DNA of 64,000 nucleotides from Basidiobolus meristosporus CBS 931.73. Taxonomy: Eukaryota; Fungi; Basidiobolomycota. The position numbers and the translations under genes were made by a program. The notes under the pieces are model-generated. The model searched no databases and was not told the origin of the DNA. It saw only the letters and a list, made by a program, of their open reading frames with translations. Below, in pieces: positions 39,223 through 48,800 of the stretch. Within the stretch, counting starts at the first letter, position 1. Every line of letters starts with the position of its first letter. The stretch lies in contig MCFE01000248.1 in the NCBI GenBank assembly GCA_002104905.1, forward strand, positions 1-64,000, written 5' to 3'.

Positions 39223-40107
39223 TTACTCTTCATAATGCTCCAGACACATTTCTCTCAGTGGATGTCTTCTTGTATGAGCATACTGTGCATTAATAAGTAT
39301 CTTAACTATTTTACCTATTCTGCTGTCTTCAACAGTATATGACTTTCCTCTGTATTTACCTGCCAATATGCTGAATCTCTTCAGATATCCAAATGTGTGC
39401 TCTACCCTCACTCTGAAATGATTAAATATCTCATTGTAGAGCTTCTGCTTCCTGCTAAGCACACCATTTCTTAGCTTCCTATAAGCTGTAATACATCCTA
39501 ATCTCTGACAATCCTCTCCTATATAGGCTAAGTCTGCCATACATTTCTCCCCTCTACTGAATTCAGGATGATTCTCTACCCAGAGTGCTTTGTCATGCCT
39601 ACTTCCAGCAAATGGCCCACTAAACCAGATGATGTTACCTTCACTGTCAGACAGTGCTTGAAACTTCACACAGTGTGCCTTGTACTTGTCAGAATAAAAG
39701 TGCCTCTGCCCTCTAGAAGGTCTGTTAATCCTGACTGGGAAGGTATCCAAAATACTCCTTATCTGGAACATGTTGCTGAACACTCTGGGATATGGAACTA
39801 TATTGGAGCTTCTGAACCTAGTATTCCAAGCTTGCTCTAAGTCACTCATACCCTCTGCAAGGTGGTTCTCCATTGCTGTCAGATGGGAATGAATGCTTCT
39901 TGGACTTTTGTTGCCATGGATGGTGGGATGAAACCTTGTAGGGCAATAGTTCTTGTAATGGCAGAGAAGCTTAACAAGGGATCCCCTTGAGTAGATTGGG
40001 GTTGATGGTCCACAGTACTTGGAATAGATCTCCTCTAGTGTGTCAAAAGGAAATCCAGTGGTAGTGATGGGATTGATGAGAAAAGACCATTCAGATGAGT
40101 AAGTCAT
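39223..40107 (-). CDS. DDE transposase (DDE_Tnp_4 / IS5-like PHIS type), 294 aa, open frame
   Basis: Motifs ILDTFPVRINRP, YSDKYKAHCVKFQ, SGPFAGSRHD, MADLAYIG and RVRVEHTFGYLKRF supply the D-D-E triad. YSDK differs from YSGK in the sister relic, so activity is uncertain. Confidence 0.85.
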   Translation of the reverse strand: MTYSSEWSFLINPITTTGFPFDTLEEIYSKYCGPSTPIYSRGSLVKLLCHYKNYCPTRFHPTIHGNKSPRSIHSHLTAMENHLAEGMSDLEQAWNTRFRSSNIVPYPRVFSNMFQIRSILDTFPVRINRPSRGQRHFYSDKYKAHCVKFQALSDSEGNIIWFSGPFAGSRHDKALWVENHPEFSRGEKCMADLAYIGEDCQRLGCITAYRKLRNGVLSRKQKLYNEIFNHFRVRVEHTFGYLKRFSILAGKYRGKSYTVEDSRIGKIVKILINAQYAHTRRHPLREMCLEHYEE

Positions 40108-40139
40108 ATTAAAATTGGTGGATGATTGTATGGAGGCGG

Positions 40140-40943
40140 TGTGGTAGGGTAAACATACCTCCCACAGACAAGTTTATTCATATAGTCATTATGATATACT
40201 TATCCATATTTTATCTTATCAGCATTATCCCATTCTTCTTTTGCCCATATTATCAGTATTATCCCCATATGATGTTTACCCTGATTAGTTATTAGCATTA
40301 GTTATCCCAGATGTTATTCAGCTTTGTGATCAGTAGATGTATCTATATAAGGCAAGTACCCGCGTCAGTACCCGTGACACATGACCTAGGTCTGTGTTAC
40401 CATCCCTACCAATTCAATACCATATATGGTATTTCTATGTTGCACAGGTTTCAGACTACTGATTCCTGATTGGTTGAGAGTGCTGTGCCTTTTAGAACCT
40501 TCCAGGACATTCTTGGCATATTTTTAGCTCATAGTGATGTCATCAAGAATTCCACTGATACCTAGCATCTTCTAGAACCTTGTCATTAGTAATCACTTGG
40601 CAATCAGGAAAAGTATTTAAGGGAAAGCAATCCCTCATCAATAAATCATCCCTTCTATCAGTAACACTTCTTCCTTATTGATTAGCAGTTGATCACTGCA
40701 CCTGCCTTCAACAGTACATCTCAGACCTGCCATCAAGGAGCTTTTCAGGGTAGTGCACAAGACACACAGAGGCCTTTGGAGACACTTGGAGCACCTAGGA
40801 AGCTAGAGAAGCAGGAGCTTTTACCATAGTAACATATTGACAAAGACACCAGCAGTTTAGACACAGAGGTTATTGCACCCATCAGACACCTCACACACCT
40901 TGAGTTGTGTAGCTTCTCCCAGGAGTACCTCTACACCACCACA
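40140..40943 (+). repeat. 5' LTR
   Basis: TGTGGTAGG...ACCACCACA with TATATAA at 40344-40350. Confidence 0.95.
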
Positions 40944-40947
40944 TATT

Positions 40948-40964
40948 TGGCACCCAACGTGGGG
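40948..40964 (+). promoter_or_regulatory. Primer-binding site, tRNA-Lys type
   Basis: TGGCACCCAACGTGGGG against the known tRNA-Lys1,2 PBS TGGCGCCCAACGTGGGG: one mismatch, at a CpG. Confidence 0.8.
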
Positions 40965-41017
40965 GGTTTGACTGAACTGCCCCTAGAAGACTTAAGAAAG
41001 AACAAATTATCAAGACC

Positions 41018-42874
41018 ATGGATCTACCTTTACCAGGAATGCAAGGAACTCCTTTCTTTGATGGAACCAAAGTTAAAGCTTTCATCAAGAGGTGGGAGCT
41101 TTTCTGCAGAGCCCACAAAATACCTGAGGCCATTATGGCTGAAGAGATGCCCCCCTACAGCACTGATGAGATCATGCTCTCATTATATGAAAGACATGAT
41201 CTGCTGACAAATTGGACCCTCTTGAAGAGCTACTTGATTGATGAATATGGAGAGAGACAAGTTGACTACACACTTCAAGACTTGGAGAACTTTGCTTATA
41301 GCAAGTTTAAGCTGCTACCATTGAAAGAATACTTGAGTGGCCTTGAGCAAATTGGAGAGTCACTGAAAGCCCAAGGCATTATCACTGATCTGACTTTATC
41401 TGCCTATCTGCTCAGAGCACTACCAGAAGGCCTGGTGAGAAGGATTGAAAACAATCCTACTGTGAAAGCTATGAGTTCACTGCCTGCATTTCAGTTAGCT
41501 AAGCAGATTCTACTTGCCCCTGAAGAAACCTCACCAATCAGAAAGCTTCTTTCAAGCCCAGAACAAAACCAAGATAGCCAAGACATACTTAATCCCAGCA
41601 ATCAAAGCACTCAAATTCAGGAGCTGACACAGCAACTAGAGAAACTCACTTTGCTACTTGCCAGCAAAGCATATGGTCAGAAGCCAGTAGAGAAAGAAGT
41701 CAAATATACATGCATGTGGTGTGACTCTGCCAACCATTCCAAGAGAAATTGCCAAGAGCTTCAGTCATTACTATCCACAGGTGATGTTCTATATAGTCCT
41801 CAGGGATACATAGTCAGTAAGCATGGTGACAAATTATCCACAGCATTTGGACAAGGAGGAATGAGAGTTCACTACAAGCAAGTCACCTCTCAAACAAGAA
41901 AGGTTCACCTCCATGAAGAAGAAGATCCTGACTACTTTGATCCAGCTGAAGTTCTGAACTTTGACTATGAGGACCCCAGAGAGGCCCAAGATCATATAGC
42001 TTCAATTTATGCTTCAAAGAGACACCATCCTGAAAAAATGGCTAATCCAGGCCCAGCAACAAAAGTACCAAGATGTGAGCCAGAAGTTGTGATTGAGAAG
42101 AAAGCATCACCCCCATTAATTTTACAAGAGTCTGCCAAGGCCAACAACTACCACATGCAGCCTAGAGTCAAGCAAAATGGTACCCCAGAGGCTCTGACAA
42201 GTCATATACTAGGAAGCAACATATCAATCAAGGTTGGAGAGCTACTCAATGTATCACCATCTGTAAGAAAGACTCTGGATGAGCATATCAGAATAAGAAA
42301 GCATCCAATTGAAGCAACTCAAGGCAACCAGGTCAGGACAGTTCAAGGAAGCAAAGATATTAGTAAGCTGCATCAAAGCCAGAAACACTACTACTCAGTG
42401 GCAACTGCAACAACTACAGGAACTGTGCATAATCAAGAAATCCTATGTCATATAGACAGTGGATCTGAGATATGTGTGATGCCTTTGGAGGCTTGGAAAC
42501 AACTACCATGCAAAGACCTATTGCCCATAGACACCAATATCAATTGGAGCATGAAGGATGCCAACTCAGGGCAATCAAAGCTTTTAGGAATTATTCACAG
42601 CTTCCCTCTCATCATTGAAGGAATACCCCATGAGATCCCAGTATTCATTTGTGCAAAGGCTAACTTTGAATTACTTCTTGGAAGACCATGGGAAGTAAAA
42701 GCAAGAGCAACTGCAGTGAACTACCCAGATGGTTCAGCATGGTATACTATATACTCAGAGAGCCCAGGACTAACAGCAACCTTCTGTGGTGTGGACTCAA
42801 ACAATATCCGATCAATGACATCATGTAGATTTCTATCTCAAGAAAGGACAGGTGGCTTCATTGAGGAAGACTGA
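41018..42874 (+). CDS. Gag-aspartic protease polyprotein, 618 aa, intact
   Basis: N-terminal PFFDG..V..FI..WE capsid-like motif, zinc knuckle CMWCDSANHSKRNC, protease HIDSGSEICVM...LLLGRPW. The stop is followed ~65 bp later by the PPT. Confidence 0.9.
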   Translation: MDLPLPGMQGTPFFDGTKVKAFIKRWELFCRAHKIPEAIMAEEMPPYSTDEIMLSLYERHDLLTNWTLLKSYLIDEYGERQVDYTLQDLENFAYSKFKLLPLKEYLSGLEQIGESLKAQGIITDLTLSAYLLRALPEGLVRRIENNPTVKAMSSLPAFQLAKQILLAPEETSPIRKLLSSPEQNQDSQDILNPSNQSTQIQELTQQLEKLTLLLASKAYGQKPVEKEVKYTCMWCDSANHSKRNCQELQSLLSTGDVLYSPQGYIVSKHGDKLSTAFGQGGMRVHYKQVTSQTRKVHLHEEEDPDYFDPAEVLNFDYEDPREAQDHIASIYASKRHHPEKMANPGPATKVPRCEPEVVIEKKASPPLILQESAKANNYHMQPRVKQNGTPEALTSHILGSNISIKVGELLNVSPSVRKTLDEHIRIRKHPIEATQGNQVRTVQGSKDISKLHQSQKHYYSVATATTTGTVHNQEILCHIDSGSEICVMPLEAWKQLPCKDLLPIDTNINWSMKDANSGQSKLLGIIHSFPLIIEGIPHEIPVFICAKANFELLLGRPWEVKARATAVNYPDGSAWYTIYSESPGLTATFCGVDSNNIRSMTSCRFLSQERTGGFIEED

Positions 42875-42952
42875 GAGAGCACTTTGTTCTCCAAACTTAC
42901 AGTGGTTAGCTAAAAAGTTCCCTGAAACTTTTTAGCTCAAGTGGGGGGTGGA

Positions 42953-43756
42953 TGTGGTAGGGTAAACATACCTCCCACAGACAAGTTTATTCATATAGTC
43001 ATTATGATATACTTATCCATATTTTATCTTATCAGTATTATCCCATTCTTCTTTTGCCCATATTATCAGTATTATCCCCATATGATGTTTACCCTGATTA
43101 GTTATTAGCATTAGTTATCCCAGATGTTATTCAGCTTTGTGATCAGTAGATGTATCTATATAAGGCAAGTACCCGCGTCAGTACCCGTGACACATGACCT
43201 AGGTCTGTGTTACCATCCCTACCAATTCAATACCATATATGGTATTTCTATGTTGCACAGGTTTCAGACTACTGATTCCTGATTGGTTGAGAGTGCTGTG
43301 CCTTTTAGAACCTTCCAGGACATTCTTGGCATATTTTTAGCTCATAGTGATGTCATCAAGAATTCCACTGATACCTAGCATCTTCTAGAACCTTGTCATT
43401 AGTAATCACTTGGCAATCAGGAAAAGTATTTAAGGGAAAGCAATCCCTCATCAATAAATCATCCCTTCTATCAGTAACACTTCTTCCTTATTGATTAGCA
43501 GTTGATCACTGCACCTGCCTTCAACAGTACATCTCAGACCTGCCATCAAGGAGCTTTTCAGGGTAGTGCACAAGACACACAGAGGCCTTTGGAGACACTT
43601 GGAGCACCTAGGAAGCTAGAGAAGCAGGAGCTTTTACCATAGTAACATATTGACAAAGACACCAGCAGTTTAGACACAGAGGTTATTGCACCCATCAGAC
43701 ACCTCACACACCTTGAGTTGTGTAGCTTCTCTCAGGAGTACCTCTACACCACCACA
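42953..43756 (+). repeat. 3' LTR
   Basis: Near-identical to the 5' LTR; preceded by PPT aagtggggggtgga. Confidence 0.95.
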
Positions 43757-43877
43757 GCGGTTTGAATCAATTCAGCGCATTCTGAGTTATTTATCAGATT
43801 TTTAATGTATTATGGTTAAATATCCATCAATTGCCATGTGTCCCATCACTATGTCACAAAAATCATTGGCAAACAAT

Positions 43878-44611
43878 AGACTTGTTCTGTTGGATAGTGC
43901 CACATTGAGCCATGAGTGCCAAATGATGCCATAGTGTGCCAAAGAGGCCAAGTGAGCCTATACTTGGCCACAGAGTGTGAAACATATATCTGCATCTTCA
44001 TGCAAAGTAGCCCCTGTGTTTCACCTATGATGCTGGAGAAAATCCATTTTTTGATTCTTTTTTTGTGCATCAATATTGTGCAGGATGTGTAAGAGCACCA
44101 AAGGATTGAAGATATACATCTGGTACTCTATACCCATGGCACTCTGAATCTAGCTCCAGTGGCTTGTACCATGTCACAAAAATGCATGGCACTATCTTGG
44201 TCCACTGGTACTATCTGGCACTATATTTAAATATTAGCCCTAGAGTAAGATGAATACAAAGCACTTATAGTGTTAGAGAGTACCAGTGGACCAAGATAGT
44301 GCCATGCATTTTTGTGACATAATACAAGGCACTGGAGCTAGATTCAGAGTGCAATGGGTATTAAGTACCAGATGTATATCTTCAATCCTTTTGTGCACTT
44401 ACACATCCTTTACAACATTGACCTAAAAGAAAAGGTCAAAAAATGGATTCTCTCCACCACAATGAGTGAAACACAGGGGCTGCTCTGCATGGAGATGCAG
44501 AGCTGTGCTGCACACTTTGTGGCCAAGTGTAGGCTCACTTGGCCTCCCTGGCACACTATGGCATCATTTGGCACTCATGGCTCAATGTGGACTATCCAAC
44601 GGAACAAGTAT
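43878..44611. mobile_element. Foldback MITE with ~330-bp inverted arms and PHIS-family termini
   Basis: 43878-~44210 is the reverse complement of ~44280-44611, with a ~70-bp spacer. Termini AGACTTGTTCTGTTGG / CCAACGGAACAAGTAT; TSD AAT at 43875-77 and 44612-14. Confidence 0.88.
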
Positions 44612-44727
44612 AATGCCTTGGTACTTTTATTGATGCTTTAATCATAGGTCTATAATCAAATAGGAAATCTGCAATTGATGTGATCTGATCTGTGTCAAAG
44701 CAATCCAAGATGCATCATGCATAAAAT

Positions 44728-46071
44728 ATGGAAAATTCAACAATCACATTAGTTTTCATATATATTTCATATAAGACCAGGTTGATTCCAATATACTGCT
44801 GTATAAGTATCCAAATCTGTTGCTATGGACCCATACCAAGCCTCAACTCATCTTTAGTACAACCCAGACAAAACCCATCCCCCAGCTCACAAGCGCGGTC
44901 CAAACCGGAAAAGTCAATGTTGGATCCATTTGAGTTCTTGCCAAATGATTTTAGTATGGCCCAAGTGTCTATGATGAGCCTTCATACAGATATTTGGGCA
45001 CTACTGATTAATCTAATAGTACTAGATACCTCAGAGAGTTGACAAAGATGGAAGAATTTGAGTAGAAAGCTGTGGCATGAGTTCTACCTCAAGATGCCAG
45101 CCAATGCATGTAGGAAGATATATAACAAGACAAGTATTGATATCAAGAATGAGCTGAGAGTGAGGGGATTTGACAAAGAAGCTGTGCGGGAACAATTTTG
45201 CACGCAATTTGCACAGTACATGCCAGACGTGTCCGTTTGTGCCTCAACTTTGGGAACCAAAGAGATTTTGAATGAGTTTTTGCCTCAAATGACTAATGTA
45301 CTACGTGATATATTAGTAGAGCTAAGTGGCTTCCAAGAGCAATATACACAGGACTCATCCAGGCAACAGCTCCAAAGTATCAGACAGAGGGTAAGTGAAT
45401 ACCTTGAGGTATCAGATAGTGAGCTTCAGGAGGAAGAATACAGACCGCAAGCAACATTGTCCAGATTGTGTCAGCATGCCTCACTGGATTCCCTACCATC
45501 TCTTGCAACCACAGCGTGCTGGCCCACATCAGTCCAGACCATGCCAACACCCTTTACCAGAACACCCCGCATCAAGTTAATGTGCATTGAGTCAACGCAC
45601 ACACTTCAGAGCAAAACTACAAGAACTTGCCAAACTGCTCATTTAGACACAAGTCCATTGGAGCGGACCAAGTTGCATCAACATGCAGCATCACATTGAA
45701 CTCAGCCAAGGGCCATCTGAACGTGTCAAGGTGTGCCTGCACGTGCCATTTTGCCTGACCATCAGCAAGTTACTTCTGGTGAACTGACTGATGATGACCA
45801 ACATGAAGTGCCTCAACCACCGGAGCCCTTAGCAAGTAAAGGAACGCATCAGCACGTGGCACTGCAGGCTGGTTTAGTTGGTTCAGTCAGAGCAATTCAG
45901 CACGGCCAAGCTGCAGCATTGCACTCATCAACTAGGAGGCAAAATACTGACTACAAATACACAAGTAGCCAAGATGATAGTCAGCCAGAAAGTAGTATAG
46001 GTGTGCAAAGTGAGTCACTACCAAATGCTTCAGTAGTAGTCCCTGTGAGAAAAAAACCCAGGAGAAGATGA
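44728..46071 (+). pseudogene. PHIS accessory ORF2 (~384-447 aa reconstructed): F-box-like motif, helical core, S/T/Q-rich tail, basic RKKPRRR end
   Basis: Three track ORFs (44728, 45058, 45733) share one frame and are separated only by TGA at 45040 and 45697. Sister copies have CAA at these sites, implying ancestral CGA. Confidence 0.7.
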
Positions 46072-47032
46072 TACAATCGCTTTGAATTGCTCACATTTGT
46101 AATGATCCCAACAACCCATTTTTTTTGCAATCCAAATCAAGCCATTGCAAATCAGTGATCATCAAATTTTTGATGTAAGTAATATCAAGGTTGTCTCACA
46201 TTTGAGACAGAACCCCTATAAATAAACACCCTGCATATATATACTTCATCTGTAATACCAGTGCAGCTATTAGATCTGTTTTGCACCTCCCCAATTGCTT
46301 GCATGCTAGCTATGACACCTTGTCCAATCACTACAATCAGGGATTTACTTGCTCAATGGGCAAAATGGGATATTTGATGGCAAATCAGGTAGCTTTTTTA
46401 GTAGTCAATAAGCCAATTGGGCGCTGCCAGCTTCAGGATACTTTTGGACCAATTAACCACTGAGATACTGTCCAATTAGAGTGAGGGTAACCAAAATGGT
46501 AAGTATCAGTGTAGTTTGTAGTGTGATATGTTTTTATTTCCATTTACATTAAAGAAACATATCCAAATACCAGATTTTACCTGCCATAATAGCGGTATCT
46601 GATTGCGCACGTGATGCAAACATTACAAGTTGGCGCAAATATCCGTGCCAACCTCATCATGTCAGATTGTGCCATAGTGTGCAAGATTGTCCCACATGGT
46701 GCAAAATTGTCCAAGAACAATCCTGCTTTCTGGTAGTTATAATATTGCGCCCAATTGTTCTTTACAACCGCGGATTGCGCCGCATGCCCTGGTACGGTAC
46801 AATGGAACAAGTCTATTTACCCAGAACATAAAATTAGATAAGTTGTCCAAACAGCCCCAAACTTTGAACACATGTTACTGGGAGCCTCCTTAGCCTATTC
46901 TATGAGTCTGTGATGCCAAGACCATGTCAAAGTATAAATGCTACTTTTACATTTGATAAATCATTAAGTGAAAACCACACAATCTACTTGTGCCCTCAAA
47001 TCACATCTAACATCTCCAAGACTCTTACAACA

Positions 47033-48800
47033 GGTTATGAGCCCCAAGCTGTCACTCTCTACAATGTTTACTACTGCTATTACTGGAATTTTTCCCTATG
47101 CTGAAAAGTTAGATAGATCTAACAACTAAGTGTGGAAGGTGAAGATGAAGATGTTGGTACTAGAAAGAGTCCCTTGGGATATTGTCATGGGAGAAGTATG
47201 CCCTCCCAAAAAGGTGGGAGAGAAAGCCTTAAAGTACCAGAAGAAAGCACAAAGCACATTTAACTGCATTTGCCTTAATTTTTAAAACAAATTGCTAATT
47301 CCATGCTCAAGTGCAAAGACAACAAAGAATGCCTGGAAGGCATTAGAAGACACCTACCAGTCATGTTCAGCTGCTTAGAAAATGCACCTGTGACAAAAAT
47401 TCTTTGCCACAAAGATGCAGCCAGGAGAAGAAATGAAAACTAACTAACAGTATTACCCTGCTGGTAGATGAGATGGAATCTGTGGGCGTACCAACTCCTG
47501 ATGAGGATGTCATAGCTTCCATACTGAATAGCCTGACAGACACGTTTCAGGGCCTTGTATCATCCCTAGAGTCCAGAACCAAAGATTTGATCTTAAATTA
47601 CATATATGGAAGGCTCCTGGTTGAAGAATTAAGAAAATCAAGTGCCAATAAGAAGGAAGAAGTAAATGCTTTAATAAGCTATGATAACCAACAAAGGAAG
47701 AATCTAATCAACTAAATTACCCTGCTGGTAGATGAGATAGAATCTGTGGGTGTACCAGCTCCTGATGAGGATGTGATAGTTACCATCCTCCATAGCCCAG
47801 CAGACAGGTTTCAGGGCCTTGTATCAGCCCCAGAGTCCAGAACTGAAGATTTGACCTTAAATTACATATATGGAAGGTCCCTGGATGAAGAATTAAGAAA
47901 ATCAAGTGCCAATAAGAAGGAATAAGTAAATGCTTTAATAAGCAATGATAACCAGCAATGGAGGTATCTAAGACCCTACAAAGGCAATAGCTAGATGTTT
48001 TGCAAATACTGCAAAAGGAAAGCATACACATCTTACTGGTGTCTCAAAAAGTAATATAATTGGCAAAAGCAGGCTGAATATGGAAATGCTGCAACAACTG
48101 CACATTGACTATACATATCTGCGCTAAATATGACTACAAACAAGGATTCACAGATGTGGTACATGGACTCTGGAGCATTGCATCACTCTACACACTAAAA
48201 GGAACTTCTTACCCAGTATCAAGAAATTCTAATTAAGAAGGTTTTCATGGGTGGCAATAGAACACTTGATGCTGTGGGAGAAGGAACTATCCAATTAAAC
48301 CTTAGAAGCAGTGAAGGAAGCCATATATTAACCTTTAAAGAAGTACTCTATGTACCTGAAATAGCCAAGAACCTACTATCTGTGATTAAGGCCACAGCAG
48401 AGGGACTCAGCTTCAGCTTTGACAATTCTGGATGCAGGATCACTCATCATAATAGTGCCCATATTGCTTGGGATATCAGAGATCAAAATTTTACAAGTTT
48501 ACCTATATTCCATCATATCTGGAAGTCAATATAAGTAACTTAAACTAAGAAATACTAATGCTGTGGCACAGGAGATTTGGACACATCAATTTTGATTGTT
48601 TGCGCAAATGAACAAAGATCAGCTAATTTTGGGCAATGTGAAGCCTGTGTATATGAGAAACAAGCCAGAAAACTGTTTAAGGGCTCTGGGGAAATCAAAA
48701 CTAAGAAAAATACAGATCTATTGCACTCAGATCTGTGTGGACCTATGCAAAATTTATCCTTAGGAGGCATGAAGTATTTAATCACCTTTATTGATGATTA
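47033..48800 (+). mobile_element. Copia family B gag-pol fragment
   Basis: Gag with an internal duplication (~47440-47780), protease WYMDSGA, GAG-pre-integrase and DLCGPM...FIDDY. Cut by an LTR at 48801. Confidence 0.8.

Larger units (their letters stand above)
40140..43756 (+). mobile_element. Young non-autonomous LTR retroelement encoding only Gag-protease (Ty3/Gypsy-related)
   Basis: LTRs at 40140-40943 and 42953-43756 (804 bp each, 2 C/T differences by eye), TG...CA ends, 4-bp TSD GCGG, PBS and PPT. No RT, RNase H or integrase. Confidence 0.95.
39040..46814. mobile_element. Two-gene PHIS (PIF/Harbinger-ISL2EU group, Pangu-like) DNA transposon, ~3.4 kb net of nested insertions
   Basis: Termini A(G>A)ACTTGTTC and GAACAAGTCT; 3-bp duplication AAT/ATT at an ATT empty site. 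Subterminal (A/T)GYGCC repeats, a DDE transposase and a divergent ORF2. Confidence 0.85.
38889..47032 (+). repeat. Copia family B LTR split by the PHIS transposon (38889-39039 plus 46815-47032)
   Basis: The flanks rejoin to tttacttagaatATTtacccagaac, seen uninterrupted in the LTRs at ~55676-55700 and ~59975-60000. PBS ggttatgagccc follows at 47033. Confidence 0.9.

Noticed and set aside
40948-40964. tRNA gene fragment
   Set aside because: It is a 17-nt primer-binding site next to an LTR; no tRNA or rRNA gene was recognised in the window.
43877-44612. TA target duplication implying a Tc1/mariner MITE
   Set aside because: Empty-site reconstructions at 38268 and 39040/46814 need a 3-bp AWT duplication with the A/T included in the terminus, and the linked transposase is PHIS-type.
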